Shown here one piece after another: positions 10,136 to 20,899 of a stretch of 64,000 bases of DNA (position 1 is the first letter of the stretch; every line of letters starts with the position of its first letter). Below the pieces are notes generated by a model. That model searched no databases. It had not been told where the DNA came from and saw only the letters and a program-made list of their open reading frames with translations. Location: the NCBI GenBank assembly GCA_963721525.1, contig CAVRJL010000015.1, forward strand, positions 1 to 64,000, in the 5' to 3' direction. The translations under genes and the position numbers were made by a program. This DNA is from an uncultured Negativicutes bacterium. GTDB taxonomy: Bacteria > Bacillota > Negativicutes > JBAXTZ01.

Positions 10136-11224
10136 GTGAAGAAGAAAAAAAGAGTAGTTATTGCTATGAGCGGCGGAGTAGATAGTGCTTTAGCAGCTTT
10201 TTTATTGCATAAAATAGGTTATGAGTGTATCGGCATTACAATGAAATTATGGGATAATGAGATTTTTTATCATGATAACCGTGGATATTGTTCGTTAAAT
10301 ACTGTCGAAGATGCGCGTAATGAAGCTACTAATTTAAATATTCCTTATTACGTATTAAATTTTAAGAAAAAATTTAAAGAGAAAATAATTGATTATTTTA
10401 TTGGAGAATATTTAATAGGTCGTACTCCAAATCCTTGTATAGCCTGTAATAACTGTATTAAGTTTGGATGTTTATTTCAAAAAGCTATGGATTTAGAAGC
10501 AGATTATATAGCTACCGGACATTATGTCCGAAAATTATATAATTTTTCTACAAATAGATATGAGTTATTAAAAGGAATTGATGAAAAAAAAGATCAATCT
10601 TATGCTTTATATGGAATAAAACAGCAAGTACTTAAGAGGTGTTTGTTTCCTTTAGGGGAAATGACAAAATTTGAAGTTAGAAAATTAGCTAAAAAATGTG
10701 GTTTAACAGTAGCTGAAAAACCTGATAGTCAAGATATATGCTTTATTCCTAATAATAATTATAAAAAATTTTTACAAATACATGCACAAGATAAAATAAA
10801 AGAAGGAAATTTTATTGATAAAAATAAAAAGATAATAGGGAAACACAAAGGAATCCCTTATTATACATTAGGACAGCGCAAGGGGTTAGGTTTAAATATA
10901 GGAAAACCTGTTTTTGTATCTAAAATAAATTTAGATACAAATGAAGTTATAATTGGTGAAGAAGAAGATCTTTTCTCTTCAGAATTAGTTGCAAGTAATG
11001 TTAATTGGATTATGTTTGAAAAATTAGTGACTAAAATAAAAGCAGAAATAAAAATAAGATATCACTCACAAATACAACCAGGAACTATTTATCCACATAA
11101 AGATGAATTGATTATTGTAAAATTTAATAATCCTCAAAGAGCCATTACTCCCGGACAATCAGTTGTTTTTTATGAAAACGATAAAGTTATCGGAGGAGGA
11201 ATAATAAATTCAACAAATCAATAA
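10136..11224 (+). CDS. mnmA: tRNA 2-thiouridylase MnmA (CxxC type)
   Basis: AMSGGVDS, TPNPCIACN, ATGHY, KDQSY, DSQDICF, TPGQ. Confidence 0.98.
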   Translation: MKKKKRVVIAMSGGVDSALAAFLLHKIGYECIGITMKLWDNEIFYHDNRGYCSLNTVEDARNEATNLNIPYYVLNFKKKFKEKIIDYFIGEYLIGRTPNPCIACNNCIKFGCLFQKAMDLEADYIATGHYVRKLYNFSTNRYELLKGIDEKKDQSYALYGIKQQVLKRCLFPLGEMTKFEVRKLAKKCGLTVAEKPDSQDICFIPNNNYKKFLQIHAQDKIKEGNFIDKNKKIIGKHKGIPYYTLGQRKGLGLNIGKPVFVSKINLDTNEVIIGEEEDLFSSELVASNVNWIMFEKLVTKIKAEIKIRYHSQIQPGTIYPHKDELIIVKFNNPQRAITPGQSVVFYENDKVIGGGIINSTNQ

Positions 11225-11347
11225 ATAAGAATAAAAGGAGGCTCCTCTACACAAAATGATTATTATACGCTATTATTTAGGTAATCAAAACAGATTTAAG
11301 AAAAGATGATCTCTATTTTTAAAATTAAAAATTAATTTGGAGGATCA

Positions 11348-13972
11348 ATGACAGGAAACGAACTGCGAAAGTTATATTTAAAGTTTTTTGAAGAAAAAAA
11401 TCATTTAATTCAACCAAGTTATTCGCTTATACCTGATAAGGATCCTTCCTTACTACTTATAGCGGCAGGAATGGCCCCATTAAAACCATTTTTTTCTGGG
11501 GAAATAGTTCCTCCTGCTCGTAGAATAACAACATGTCAAAAATGTATTAGAACAAATGATATAGAAAATGTAGGGCATACAACAAGGCACCATACTTTTT
11601 TTGAAATGCTAGGAAATTTTTCTTTTGGTGACTATTTTAAAAAAGAAGCAATAGAATGGGCCTGGGAATTTGTAGTAAAATATTTAAAACTTGACCCTAA
11701 CAGAATATATGTGAGTATACATACAAACGATGAAGAAGCTTTTATAATTTGGTCTCAAAACGTTGGTTTGCCTATCAATAAAATAGTTAGATTAAAAGAT
11801 AATTTTTGGGAAATTGGTCCTGGACCATGCGGCCCATGCTCGGAACTTTATTATGATCGCGGGCAAGAATATGGATGCCTTTCAGAAAAGTGTGGGGTAG
11901 GATGTAATTGTAATCGCTATTTAGAGTTTTGGAACCTTGTTTTTACACAATTTAACAAACAAGAAGATGGTAGATATATTCCTTTAAATAAAAAAAATAT
12001 CGACACTGGAATAGGGCTGGAACGTATATTATCGATTATTCAAAATACTCCTTCAAATTATGAAACTGATTTAATATTTCCTATAATTCAGTGGATAAGT
12101 AATTTGACTAATTATAAATACGGAATTGATAAAAATTTTGATATATTTTTAAAAGTGATAGCAGACCATAGTCGAAGTTTTATTATCATGTTAAGTGATG
12201 GAATACTACCTTCAAACGAAGGACGAGGGTATGTGCTTAGAAGAATATTAAGAAGAGCAATAAGATATGGAAAGCTCTTTGGAATTAGTGAACCATTTTT
12301 AGTAAATATCGTTGATACAGTAGCTGAAATTTTTCAAGAACCTTATCCACAAATACAGCAAAATATTGAGCATATAAAACAAATAATATATAACGAAGAA
12401 AAAAAATTTAACGAAACTCTATTACAAGGGTTAGAAATACTAAATAAAAATATCAATGAATTAAAATTTAAAAATGAAAAAGAACTTTCAGGAGAAAAAG
12501 TTTTTAAGTTATATGATACTTATGGATTTCCATGGGAGCTTGTGCGCGAAATAGCAAATGAAAAGGGTATTTCTATTGATGAAAAAGGCTTTCATCGTTC
12601 AATGGAAAAACAAAAATTAAGGGCACGTTCTGCTCGTAAAGAATTATCGCAAAAAATTAATTTACCTGAATTTTCCGACTTAATAAAAACTCCCACAAAC
12701 TATTCGTCAAAATTTTCAGAAGGAGAAATAAAATTAATTTTTATTGAAAAAAAAATATTACGACGAGCAAGCGAAAATCAAGAGGTTTCAATTATTTTAG
12801 ATAAAACATCATTTTATCCCAAAGGTGGAGGTCAGATTTACGATACTGGAAAAATAATTGGGAGAAATGGTATTTTTGAAGTTGCAACTGTAGAAAAAAT
12901 TTCTGACGGAATAATATTTCATACTGGAAAAATTATTAGGGGGTATTTTGATTTAAACGAAAATGTCAACTTAGAACCAGATGTTGAAAAAAATAAATTA
13001 ACTGCTTATAATCATACCTCAACACATATTTTACATTCTATTTTAAAGAAGATTCTTGGAAAACATGTTAATCAAGCAGGTTCGTTAGTAACAGCTGAAA
13101 AATTAAGATTCGATTTTACTCATTACGAACCACTTACATATGTACAACTACAATTAATAGAAGAAGCAGTGAATAAAATTATTTTTAAAGGTTTAAAAAT
13201 TTTATCATATTATCAAACTACTAAGGAAGCAAAAAAATCAAATGCTATAGCACTATTTAGCGAAAAATATGGGAATATTGTTCGAGTAGTAGAAATAAAT
13301 AATTTTAGCAAAGAATTATGCGTAGGTTCCCATGCTAAACAAACTAATGAGATAGGTTTTTTTAAAATAATTAATGAAGAAAGCGTTGCTGGTGGAATTA
13401 GGAGAATAGAGGCAGTTACAAATGTGGTAGCTGTTCAAGAGATACAAAAAAATTTTAATGTAATTCTTAAAATATGTGATATTCTTAAACTAAAAAACAA
13501 TAAAGAAAAAATTTTAGAAAAAATAAAACAACAGTATGAAAAAATCATCTCTTTAGAAAAAACAATTGAAAAGCTTAATTTTAAATTATCGAAAACACAA
13601 GTTGAATTTTTATTAAAAAATATTGAAAGCTGTAGTAATTTAAATATATTAATCAGCGAAACAAACATTGATAATATTAATAATTTAAAATATAGTATTG
13701 ATATATTAAAAGAGAAAATTTCAAACGGATTTACTTTATTAGGCGCTAATATTAATAATAAAGCATATTTTATTTGTTATGCTGGGGAAAAAGCGCAACA
13801 TTTTAAAGTTTACGCAAAAAATATAATAAAAATAGTAGCTCAAATTAGTGGGGGAAAAGGTGGCGGGAAAAACGACTTAGCTCAAGCAGGAGGAGGCAAT
13901 CCTAATTTAATTATTAAAGCATTAGAAAAATCCTCACAAGTTATAAAAAAAATAATAAAAAACAAAGGATAA
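11348..13972 (+). CDS. alaS: alanine--tRNA ligase
   Basis: AGMAPLK, RHHTFFEMLGNFSFGDYFK, IDTGIGLER, LYDTYGFP. Confidence 0.99.
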   Translation: MTGNELRKLYLKFFEEKNHLIQPSYSLIPDKDPSLLLIAAGMAPLKPFFSGEIVPPARRITTCQKCIRTNDIENVGHTTRHHTFFEMLGNFSFGDYFKKEAIEWAWEFVVKYLKLDPNRIYVSIHTNDEEAFIIWSQNVGLPINKIVRLKDNFWEIGPGPCGPCSELYYDRGQEYGCLSEKCGVGCNCNRYLEFWNLVFTQFNKQEDGRYIPLNKKNIDTGIGLERILSIIQNTPSNYETDLIFPIIQWISNLTNYKYGIDKNFDIFLKVIADHSRSFIIMLSDGILPSNEGRGYVLRRILRRAIRYGKLFGISEPFLVNIVDTVAEIFQEPYPQIQQNIEHIKQIIYNEEKKFNETLLQGLEILNKNINELKFKNEKELSGEKVFKLYDTYGFPWELVREIANEKGISIDEKGFHRSMEKQKLRARSARKELSQKINLPEFSDLIKTPTNYSSKFSEGEIKLIFIEKKILRRASENQEVSIILDKTSFYPKGGGQIYDTGKIIGRNGIFEVATVEKISDGIIFHTGKIIRGYFDLNENVNLEPDVEKNKLTAYNHTSTHILHSILKKILGKHVNQAGSLVTAEKLRFDFTHYEPLTYVQLQLIEEAVNKIIFKGLKILSYYQTTKEAKKSNAIALFSEKYGNIVRVVEINNFSKELCVGSHAKQTNEIGFFKIINEESVAGGIRRIEAVTNVVAVQEIQKNFNVILKICDILKLKNNKEKILEKIKQQYEKIISLEKTIEKLNFKLSKTQVEFLLKNIESCSNLNILISETNIDNINNLKYSIDILKEKISNGFTLLGANINNKAYFICYAGEKAQHFKVYAKNIIKIVAQISGGKGGGKNDLAQAGGGNPNLIIKALEKSSQVIKKIIKNKG

Positions 13973-13980
13973 TATTTAGA

Positions 13981-14241
13981 ATGGATGATAAATTTAGTCA
14001 AACAATGCATTTTAAATCTTTAAATGAAGAAAATTTGAATATTCGCTCAATTCTTAATTGGGTAGTAGATGCTCTAAAAGAAAAAGGGTATAACCCACTA
14101 AATCAAATAGTAGGATATTTAATTACTGGAGACCCTACCTATATTACAAGTCATAATAATGCACGTTTATTAATAAGGAAAATTCAAAGAGACGATATAC
14201 TCGAAGAAATATTACACCATTATTTAATAGAAAATAGATAA
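13981..14241 (+). CDS. IreB/ReoM family (UPF0297) protein
   Basis: ALKEKGYNPLNQIVGYLITGDPTYITSHNNAR. Confidence 0.95.
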   Translation: MDDKFSQTMHFKSLNEENLNIRSILNWVVDALKEKGYNPLNQIVGYLITGDPTYITSHNNARLLIRKIQRDDILEEILHHYLIENR

Positions 14242-14255
14242 GGAATTTTAGTTTT

Positions 14256-14678
14256 ATGCGTTATCTTGGTTTAGACTTGGGAAATGAAAAAATAGGAATT
14301 TCACTTAGCGACGAGTTACTGATAACTGCGCAACCTTTAATTGTTCTTACAAGGCAAGGATGGAAAAAAGATAGGGTAACTTTACAAAAATTAATAGAAC
14401 AATCTTCTATTAAAAGAATAATTGTTGGGTTGCCTAAAAATATGGATAATAGTTATGGGGAAAGGGCAAAAATTTGTCAAAACTTTGCGATAAAATTATC
14501 AGGCGCATTTAATAATGTTAAAGTGTATTTATGGGATGAAAGATTAACAACAGTTCAGGCAGAAAAAATCTTAATTAATGCCAATGTAAAAAGAAAAGAA
14601 AGAAGAAAAATAATTGATAAAACAGCAGCTGCGTTAATTTTACAAAATTACTTAGATTCGAATAAAATTAATAAATGA
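14256..14678 (+). CDS. ruvX: YqgF/RuvX pre-16S rRNA nuclease
   Basis: LGLDLG, VGLPKNMD, WDERLTT, IDKTAAALILQ. Confidence 0.96.
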   Translation: MRYLGLDLGNEKIGISLSDELLITAQPLIVLTRQGWKKDRVTLQKLIEQSSIKRIIVGLPKNMDNSYGERAKICQNFAIKLSGAFNNVKVYLWDERLTTVQAEKILINANVKRKERRKIIDKTAAALILQNYLDSNKINK

Positions 14679-14691
14679 TAAAGAGGACGAA

Positions 14692-14976
14692 ATAGACAAT
14701 ATAGGCAATGACGAATTTAAGAAAAAAATAGCATTGCGCAAGATAATCAAGAAAACATTGTTATTTTTACTGACGAAAAAGAAAAGAACATTACTATTAT
14801 GAAATTGTGATTATAACAATCATTCTCAAAAGAACTATACTTGTAATTGTCAAAAAGAAGTATTTATATCCAAAATAGAAAAAGATGAAAAAGATGAGCT
14901 TGTTTATGTAGATACAACGGAAGAAGATTTTAAAGTTATTAAAAAAATTTACGAACAACTACATTATGAAAAATAA
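14692..14976 (+). pseudogene. DUF1292 family protein, degraded
   Basis: RBS GAGG then ATA instead of ATG; fragments ENIVIFTDEK / EHYYYEIVII / EVFISKIEKDEKDELVYVDTTEEDF in different frames; follows ruvX as in Firmicutes. Confidence 0.75.
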
Positions 14977-14996
14977 AAATTACACTTATAATGTTT

Positions 14997-15881
14997 TTAT
15001 TTATTTAATGCGATTAAAAGATTACTTAGGTTTTCTTCCATGAACTTTAGATAACTTTTCCCTAAATTGTTTTCTTTTTCTGTTTGTCCTTCTATTGGAT
15101 TTAAAGGCATAATCGAAGCTCCAACTTCTTTTGCTATTAAGTTTGACAATTTTGGGTCAGATAAAGACTCATAGAAAATCACTTTGATTAAATTTTTTTT
15201 AGCAAAACGTATTATTTTAGTTATTTTTGATGGATTTGGCTCTTCTTCAGGAGATAAACCCATAATTGCGTGTTGAGTCAATTTATAACGTTTTGCTAAA
15301 TATTGGAAAGATGCGTGCGCAGTAATAAAATCGCGTCTTTTTACATTAGAAAAACTTTTCTCATATTTTTTGTTTAATTTATCAAGTTGGCTTACGATAA
15401 TTAAAGAATTTTGTTCATAATACTGTTTATTCCGAGGATCAATCTCAGAAAGTTTGTTTGTTATTTCTTTTGTAGCAATTGACATGTTTACAGGATCAAG
15501 CCAAAGATGAGGATCAGGAATAGTGGGATTAAACTCACAAGATAATAGATTTACTTTTGTACTTATATCTATAATTTTATTTTTATCTTTAACCTCATTT
15601 AAAATATCATTAATATGTTCTAATCCACCACCATTTATAATTATTAAATCCGAATTTTTAAGTCTAATTACATCTTGTGAATTTGCTATCCATTCATGAG
15701 GTTCAATACTATGAGGTATAAGCATAATAATATTACATTTATCATTGGCTATCAATTTTGTAATGTTAAAATATGGAAAAATTGTTACAATTATATCTTT
15801 TTTACTATTTTTTTCTCTACTACAACCTGAAACAATTAAGCAAAAAATAACTAACAAAATAATAAACCTGTTTTTACGCAT
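14997..15881 (-). CDS. Zn/Mn ABC transporter substrate-binding lipoprotein (ZnuA/AdcA family)
   Basis: lipobox VSGC, EPHEW, DPHLWLDP, AHASFQYL. Confidence 0.93.
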   Translation of the reverse strand: MRKNRFIILLVIFCLIVSGCSREKNSKKDIIVTIFPYFNITKLIANDKCNIIMLIPHSIEPHEWIANSQDVIRLKNSDLIIINGGGLEHINDILNEVKDKNKIIDISTKVNLLSCEFNPTIPDPHLWLDPVNMSIATKEITNKLSEIDPRNKQYYEQNSLIIVSQLDKLNKKYEKSFSNVKRRDFITAHASFQYLAKRYKLTQHAIMGLSPEEEPNPSKITKIIRFAKKNLIKVIFYESLSDPKLSNLIAKEVGASIMPLNPIEGQTEKENNLGKSYLKFMEENLSNLLIALNK

Positions 15882-15968
15882 AGATACTCCTTAAAAGTAT
15901 TCATATTATATATAGTAATGTTTTTATAAATTTAAAGCAATAAAAAATTTTACAAGGGGAATTTTAAC

Positions 15969-16289
15969 ATGATAAACGTTACAGATAAACAAGATTTAGA
16001 AAAAATTTTAATTTCTAATCAAATTGTAGTAGTTGATTTTTTTGCTGAGTGGTGTGGACCTTGTCAAGCATTATTACCAATTATTAGGTCAATAGCTGAA
16101 AAAATGAAAGATAAAGTTACCATGGTAAAAATTAATATTGATCAAGCAAGTAGCTTAGCTCGTCAATATAATATTCGTAGCGTGCCTACGATATTGTTAT
16201 TTAAAAACAATAATCTTCTAAATCGTTTAGTAGGTTTTCGGGATGAATCGGAGTTAGTTTTAGAATTAAATAAATTGTTTATTAAATAA
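15969..16289 (+). CDS. trxA: thioredoxin
   Basis: DFFAEWCGPC, IRSVPT. Confidence 0.96.
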   Translation: MINVTDKQDLEKILISNQIVVVDFFAEWCGPCQALLPIIRSIAEKMKDKVTMVKINIDQASSLARQYNIRSVPTILLFKNNNLLNRLVGFRDESELVLELNKLFIK

Positions 16290-16879
16290 ATTTTAAAGAA
16301 ACAAAAATAATAAATTGTATCTCAAAATAAAGAAACTCAAATTAATATTTATCAACTATATGTTACTATACATAATTTCCCCCTGCTAATAATATTGTAG
16401 AAACGTTAAATAAGGAAGAAAAACATATATGTTGATATGCACATAAGATACTCACCATATGGAATAATAATTAGTGTATTAGGAAAACTGATATAACTCA
16501 AATTTTATATTTTTGTAAAGGATATTTAGTATCTAGTCGTAAAATAAATAATCTAGAATTTAAAAAATAATATATAAGCAAATTATTTAATCTATTTAGC
16601 ATAGATCTATGGAGACAATTTGTCGTATTAAAAAGATATAAAGTTTCAATCTTATATACACGTGATTACAAGTGATCTATAAAAACCTGAAATTAATAAA
16701 ATTTGTGTTTGATAAAATATTTTTGTTCAGGAAGATGTTATTCAAGTAATCATTTATACAATAATAATATGTATATATCTTAAATACAGAAAAATCTTAC
16801 AGAATTTGTTGTGAATTACAAAAACGTGTATTGAGATAGAATTATGGATTAAAGTAAAATTAATTTAGGAGAATAAATC

Positions 16880-18589
16880 ATGATATTAATTATCACAAGT
16901 ATTCTGACTATCTTTTTTCTAGCTAATTACCTACCTGTTTTTGCTTTCGGATTTACTGATTGGTCATTTATGTGTTTAATATGGGGATTTTCCTTGCTAT
17001 TTATCTCAATTAAAGTACTGTTACAACGTGGAGGAAGAGCGTTAGTAACAGGTACTTTTGTCAATTGGATTATTGTAAAGTTATTTGGCGATAAATTAAA
17101 AATACACAATGTTGTACTAAAGGATAAAATAGTTCCACGTAAATATCAGTGTTTTGCTTGGTTAGGATTAATATTAGTTATCATAGCTATAATAAATACT
17201 TCAATACTTCCTTTAATTTTATCTACACCGATTTTTTTTAGTCACCGTTATCATAATTTATTAGGAAAAGTAGAAGAAAGCGAATTTTCTAAAAATGTAG
17301 CCCCCTTAAATCCTAATCAAATTCGTATAGTTGATGAAGAAATGGCAAGAAAATTAGCTGATAAAAAAATTGGAGAAATACCTGCATTAGGCTCGGAAAT
17401 TACCCTAGGAAGTTTATTTCTACAAAAAGTTAACAATAAATTATATTATATTGCTCCCCTTGAACATAGAGGATTTTTTCAATGGATTAATAATTATTCT
17501 AAAGGGAGCCACGGATTTATTATGGTAAGTGCAACTAATCCACTAGATGTAAAGCTTATTCAAGAACTAAACGGAAAACCAGTATATATTAAATATCAGA
17601 TTAAGGGATATTTATTTGATTATTTACCTCGTTGGATATATATACATGGTTATATAAATATGGGAATTGCCGATTATACTTTTCAACTTGATGAAAATTT
17701 AAAACCATTTTGGGTTGCAACATTATATAATAAAATGATTGGCTATAAGGGAGAAAATGCTGTAGCATTAGCGACAATAGATGCTCAAACTGGTGAAATA
17801 AGAAAATATACTATTAATCAAGCTCCAAAATGGGTAAGTAGAATACAACCTAAGGAATTTATTTACAATCAAATAAAACAATGGGGAATTTATATTCACG
17901 GTTTTTGGAATTCTTTATTTGCCAAAACAGGAACCTTAAAACCATCGAGTAATAATATGCATATTATCTATGGGAATGACGATAGAGTGTACTGGTATAC
18001 GGGTATTACGTCAAGCGGAAGTGATGATAGTACTGTTGGTTTTATGCTTATAGACTCGGTAACAAAAAAAGCAAAATTTTATAAAGTTGCTGGAGCAACA
18101 GAAATGGCTGCAGCAAAATCAGCAGAAGGACAAGTACAAGAGAAATCATATCATAGTGGATACCCTTTACTCTATAATATAAATGGGATACCTACTTATG
18201 TAGCACCTTTAAAAGATAAGGAGGGATTATTAAAACTTATTTCATTTATATCAGTAGAAAACTACAATGTTGTAGGAGTAGGTCCAGATATTAAACATAC
18301 TATGTCCTCATATGAATCAAAAATAACTAATAAAGAATGGAACAACATTGCTTTAAACGAAAAGGAAGAAAAAAAAATAAACGGGAAAATTTCTAGAATA
18401 TCTCAAATTTTTAAAGGACAAGATACATATATTTATTTTATGATTGAAAATGATAAACGTGTTTTTTACAGTTTAGCAACATTATCTCCAAAATTACCGT
18501 TAGTAAAAATACATGATATCGTTGAAATAATATTTCTTAACACTAAAGAAAAATTAATAGAAATAAGAAGCTTTAAACCAAATTTTTAA
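16880..18589 (+). CDS. uncharacterised membrane-anchored protein (about 3 N-terminal TM segments plus large soluble domain)
   Basis: 569-aa intact ORF with GGAG RBS and hydrophobic N-terminus. Confidence 0.85.
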   Translation: MILIITSILTIFFLANYLPVFAFGFTDWSFMCLIWGFSLLFISIKVLLQRGGRALVTGTFVNWIIVKLFGDKLKIHNVVLKDKIVPRKYQCFAWLGLILVIIAIINTSILPLILSTPIFFSHRYHNLLGKVEESEFSKNVAPLNPNQIRIVDEEMARKLADKKIGEIPALGSEITLGSLFLQKVNNKLYYIAPLEHRGFFQWINNYSKGSHGFIMVSATNPLDVKLIQELNGKPVYIKYQIKGYLFDYLPRWIYIHGYINMGIADYTFQLDENLKPFWVATLYNKMIGYKGENAVALATIDAQTGEIRKYTINQAPKWVSRIQPKEFIYNQIKQWGIYIHGFWNSLFAKTGTLKPSSNNMHIIYGNDDRVYWYTGITSSGSDDSTVGFMLIDSVTKKAKFYKVAGATEMAAAKSAEGQVQEKSYHSGYPLLYNINGIPTYVAPLKDKEGLLKLISFISVENYNVVGVGPDIKHTMSSYESKITNKEWNNIALNEKEEKKINGKISRISQIFKGQDTYIYFMIENDKRVFYSLATLSPKLPLVKIHDIVEIIFLNTKEKLIEIRSFKPNF

Positions 18590-18620
18590 AACTTTAAAGT
18601 GTTTATGTTGTTTGATTATC

Positions 18621-18649
18621 TTGACATTAATCGTATATTTGCTTATAAT
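18621..18649 (+). promoter_or_regulatory. consensus sigma-A promoter of rpsU
   Basis: TTGACA-17 nt-TATAAT. Confidence 0.85.
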
Positions 18650-18725
18650 TATCTGAATTGTGGGATATTAAAAATATAGCTACTGTTAAAAGTTCCTAAA
18701 CCTGAAATAGAGGGGGGAGTTATAG

Positions 18726-18902
18726 ATGGCTGAAGTAAAGTTACTAAAAGGGGAAACTCTTGATAGTGCTCTGAAAAAATTTAAGCGAGCTTGTCAAAAA
18801 GATGGAGTTCTTTCAGAGTGTCGTAAACGTGAGCATTATGAAAAACCCAGTGTTAAACGTAAGAGAAAATCTGAAGCAGCGAGAAAGCGTAAAATGAAAT
18901 AA
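18726..18902 (+). CDS. rpsU: 30S ribosomal protein S21 (below ORF-track cutoff)
   Basis: [58 protein letters not shown]; GGAG RBS. Confidence 0.98.
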   Translation: MAEVKLLKGETLDSALKKFKRACQKDGVLSECRKREHYEKPSVKRKRKSEAARKRKMK

Positions 18903-19041
18903 TTATAATTAAATGGTGTTACTGGACTGATAAAAATATTAAACTTATATAAATAAAGGACAAATTGAGGGTAAATTTATGAACCTGTTATATGAACCTA
19001 TTAATAGTAGCAAAAATAAAGTTATTTAAAAATATAATTAT

Positions 19042-19075
19042 AAAAGCAATTCCAGGAATAATAATTGCTTTTTTT
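19042..19075 (+). terminator. probable intrinsic terminator
   Basis: AAAAGCAATT...AATTGCTTTTTT. Confidence 0.6.
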
Positions 19076-19110
19076 ATATACAATTGTTGTAGCTATTAAA
19101 AGGAAAATAC

Positions 19111-19557
19111 GTGAAAAAACCGCTTATGAGATATACTATAACTGATTTTTATTATTGTAAAATCCAATTTAATGAAAATAATATAGTTTCAATAGTAACT
19201 GAAATAATTAGTAATATAAAAGAAAAACAAATATTTATAAATTATTTTAGCGACAAAAAAAAAGACGTACACTTATTTACATCAACTGATGATTTACATA
19301 TAAGTTTACATACGAAAATAGAAATTAACTTCATTTCATTAATAATATATCTACCAGCAAATAATCTAAACTCTAAATTATTAATTAGATTATTCCGAAA
19401 AGAGTTTAAAGCGGAAAGTATAAAAATCATTAATCTTAACACAGCAGATTTTGATACGATAAGAAATATTAGACCCAAAACTCAAATAAAAACAAATTCC
19501 ATACGTAAAGTAAAAAATGTCTCAAATAAAGTTATCAATTATATAAAGTTAAAATGA
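19111..19557 (+). CDS. degenerate S-adenosylmethionine decarboxylase (SpeD)-like protein lacking the ES cleavage site
   Basis: RYTITDFYYC ~ RHLxxDxYGC; DDLHISLHT ~ AESHISIHT; basic tail ADFDTIRNIRPK..SIRKVKNVSNKVI resembles the Negativicutes SpeD extension. Confidence 0.7.
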   Translation: MKKPLMRYTITDFYYCKIQFNENNIVSIVTEIISNIKEKQIFINYFSDKKKDVHLFTSTDDLHISLHTKIEINFISLIIYLPANNLNSKLLIRLFRKEFKAESIKIINLNTADFDTIRNIRPKTQIKTNSIRKVKNVSNKVINYIKLK

Positions 19558-19795
19558 TCCTGTTAGAGCTAAAAAAACGAATTAAAAAGATTAATAAAAT
19601 ATTGCTATTTTATGATAAGCATATACAAATCAATGGTTACTAGATTTATTTTTTATGCTACCTGTAAACGCAGGAACGATGCTTAATCAAGTAGGTCCTC
19701 TAAGTAACAACGATTTAGTTTGTGTTTGATATTTTTTAAATTCAATATTTAGGCTATGGTGAGTAAAGAAATTGCCTAAATAAAATATAAAATAT

Positions 19796-19824
19796 TTGAC
19801 TAAATAAACTTACGAAGTTAGAAT
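19796..19824 (+). promoter_or_regulatory. sigma-A promoter of rplM-rpsI
   Basis: TTGACT-17 nt-TAGAAT. Confidence 0.7.
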
Positions 19825-19926
19825 GATTAGATATTGTCTTATACATTGGTATCTTTAGTTTCAGTGATAATATTATTTAGTTTAAATTCTATACGCTTTA
19901 AACATATAAATATGGAAGGAATTAAA

Positions 19927-20370
19927 ATGAAAACATTCATGGCTAAGAAGGCTAGTATTGAACGTAAATGGTATGTAATTGATGCTAAAAATCAAGTACT
20001 CGGAAGAATAGCTGTAGAAGCTGCGAAAATCCTGCGGGGAAAACATAAACCTATATTTACACCTCATGTTGATTGCGGAGATTATATTATTGTTATCAAT
20101 GCTAATAAAATTAAGGTTACTGGGAAAAAACTTCAGAAAAAAGTTTACTTTCGCCATAGTGGATATATTGGCGGTACAACATATACAAGTTTAGAAACAA
20201 TGATGAAAAAAAAACCTCAACAAGTTTTTGAGCTTGCAGTAAAAGGAATGCTACCGAAAAATACCCTTGGTAGACAAATTTACAGAAAATTAAATGTATA
20301 TATCGGACCTAATCACCCACATCAAGCTCAAAAACCTAAAATGTTAAAACTTAGTTCAACATTCAATTAA
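19927..20370 (+). CDS. rplM: 50S ribosomal protein L13
   Basis: [25 protein letters not shown]; start at MKTFMA after GGAAGG. Confidence 0.99.
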   Translation: MKTFMAKKASIERKWYVIDAKNQVLGRIAVEAAKILRGKHKPIFTPHVDCGDYIIVINANKIKVTGKKLQKKVYFRHSGYIGGTTYTSLETMMKKKPQQVFELAVKGMLPKNTLGRQIYRKLNVYIGPNHPHQAQKPKMLKLSSTFN

Positions 20371-20400
20371 ATAGGTAGTAGGTAGAAGGAGAAATAATAG

Positions 20401-20793
20401 ATGGTACAGCTAGAATACTATGGAACGGGTAGAAGAAAAACATCAATAGCTCGTGTATATATAAAAAATGGAAATGGTAAAATTGTTGTTAATGAAAAAT
20501 CATTTGAAGAATATTTTCCGCAAAGAACTTTGCAACTTATTATAAAACAACCGTTAGAGGTTACTAAATCTAAAGATAAATATAATATAAACATAACTGT
20601 AGCAGGTGGTGGATTAACAGGACAAGCGGGTGCAATAAGGCATGGAATATCAAGAGCACTATTAACTATAAATCTAGAACATCGTTTACCTTTGAAAAAG
20701 CTTGGTTTTTTAACACGCGATGCTCGTGAAAAAGAGCGTCGCAAATATGGGCTTAAGAAAGCTCGTAAAGCAAGTCAATTTTCTAAAAGATAA
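20401..20793 (+). CDS. rpsI: 30S ribosomal protein S9
   Basis: [27 protein letters not shown]. Confidence 0.99.
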   Translation: MVQLEYYGTGRRKTSIARVYIKNGNGKIVVNEKSFEEYFPQRTLQLIIKQPLEVTKSKDKYNINITVAGGGLTGQAGAIRHGISRALLTINLEHRLPLKKLGFLTRDAREKERRKYGLKKARKASQFSKR

Positions 20794-20822
20794 GAACGAT
20801 AATTTAATTAAGTATTAAAACA

Positions 20823-20869
20823 AAACAAAGAATCCGTATAGAACAAATGTCTATACGGATTCTTTGTTT
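20823..20869. terminator. bidirectional terminator between convergent genes
   Basis: 20-bp perfect inverted repeat AAACAAAGAATCCGTATAGA / TCTATACGGATTCTTTGTTT. Confidence 0.9.
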
Positions 20870-20899
20870 AAAACCTTTTTTAGGTACTAATTTTAGGTA

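Noticed and set aside
16290-16879. Decayed spacer, weak FolE-like fragment (VVLKDIKFQS)
   Set aside because: No further motifs; cannot be assigned. The same holds for spacers 19560-19790 and 28075-28770
19834-19926. N-terminal extensions of L13 (also efp, nadK, glmS, rimM) in the ORF track
   Set aside because: Downstream ATGs match homologue starts, mostly with SD motifs; extensions are longest-ORF artefacts
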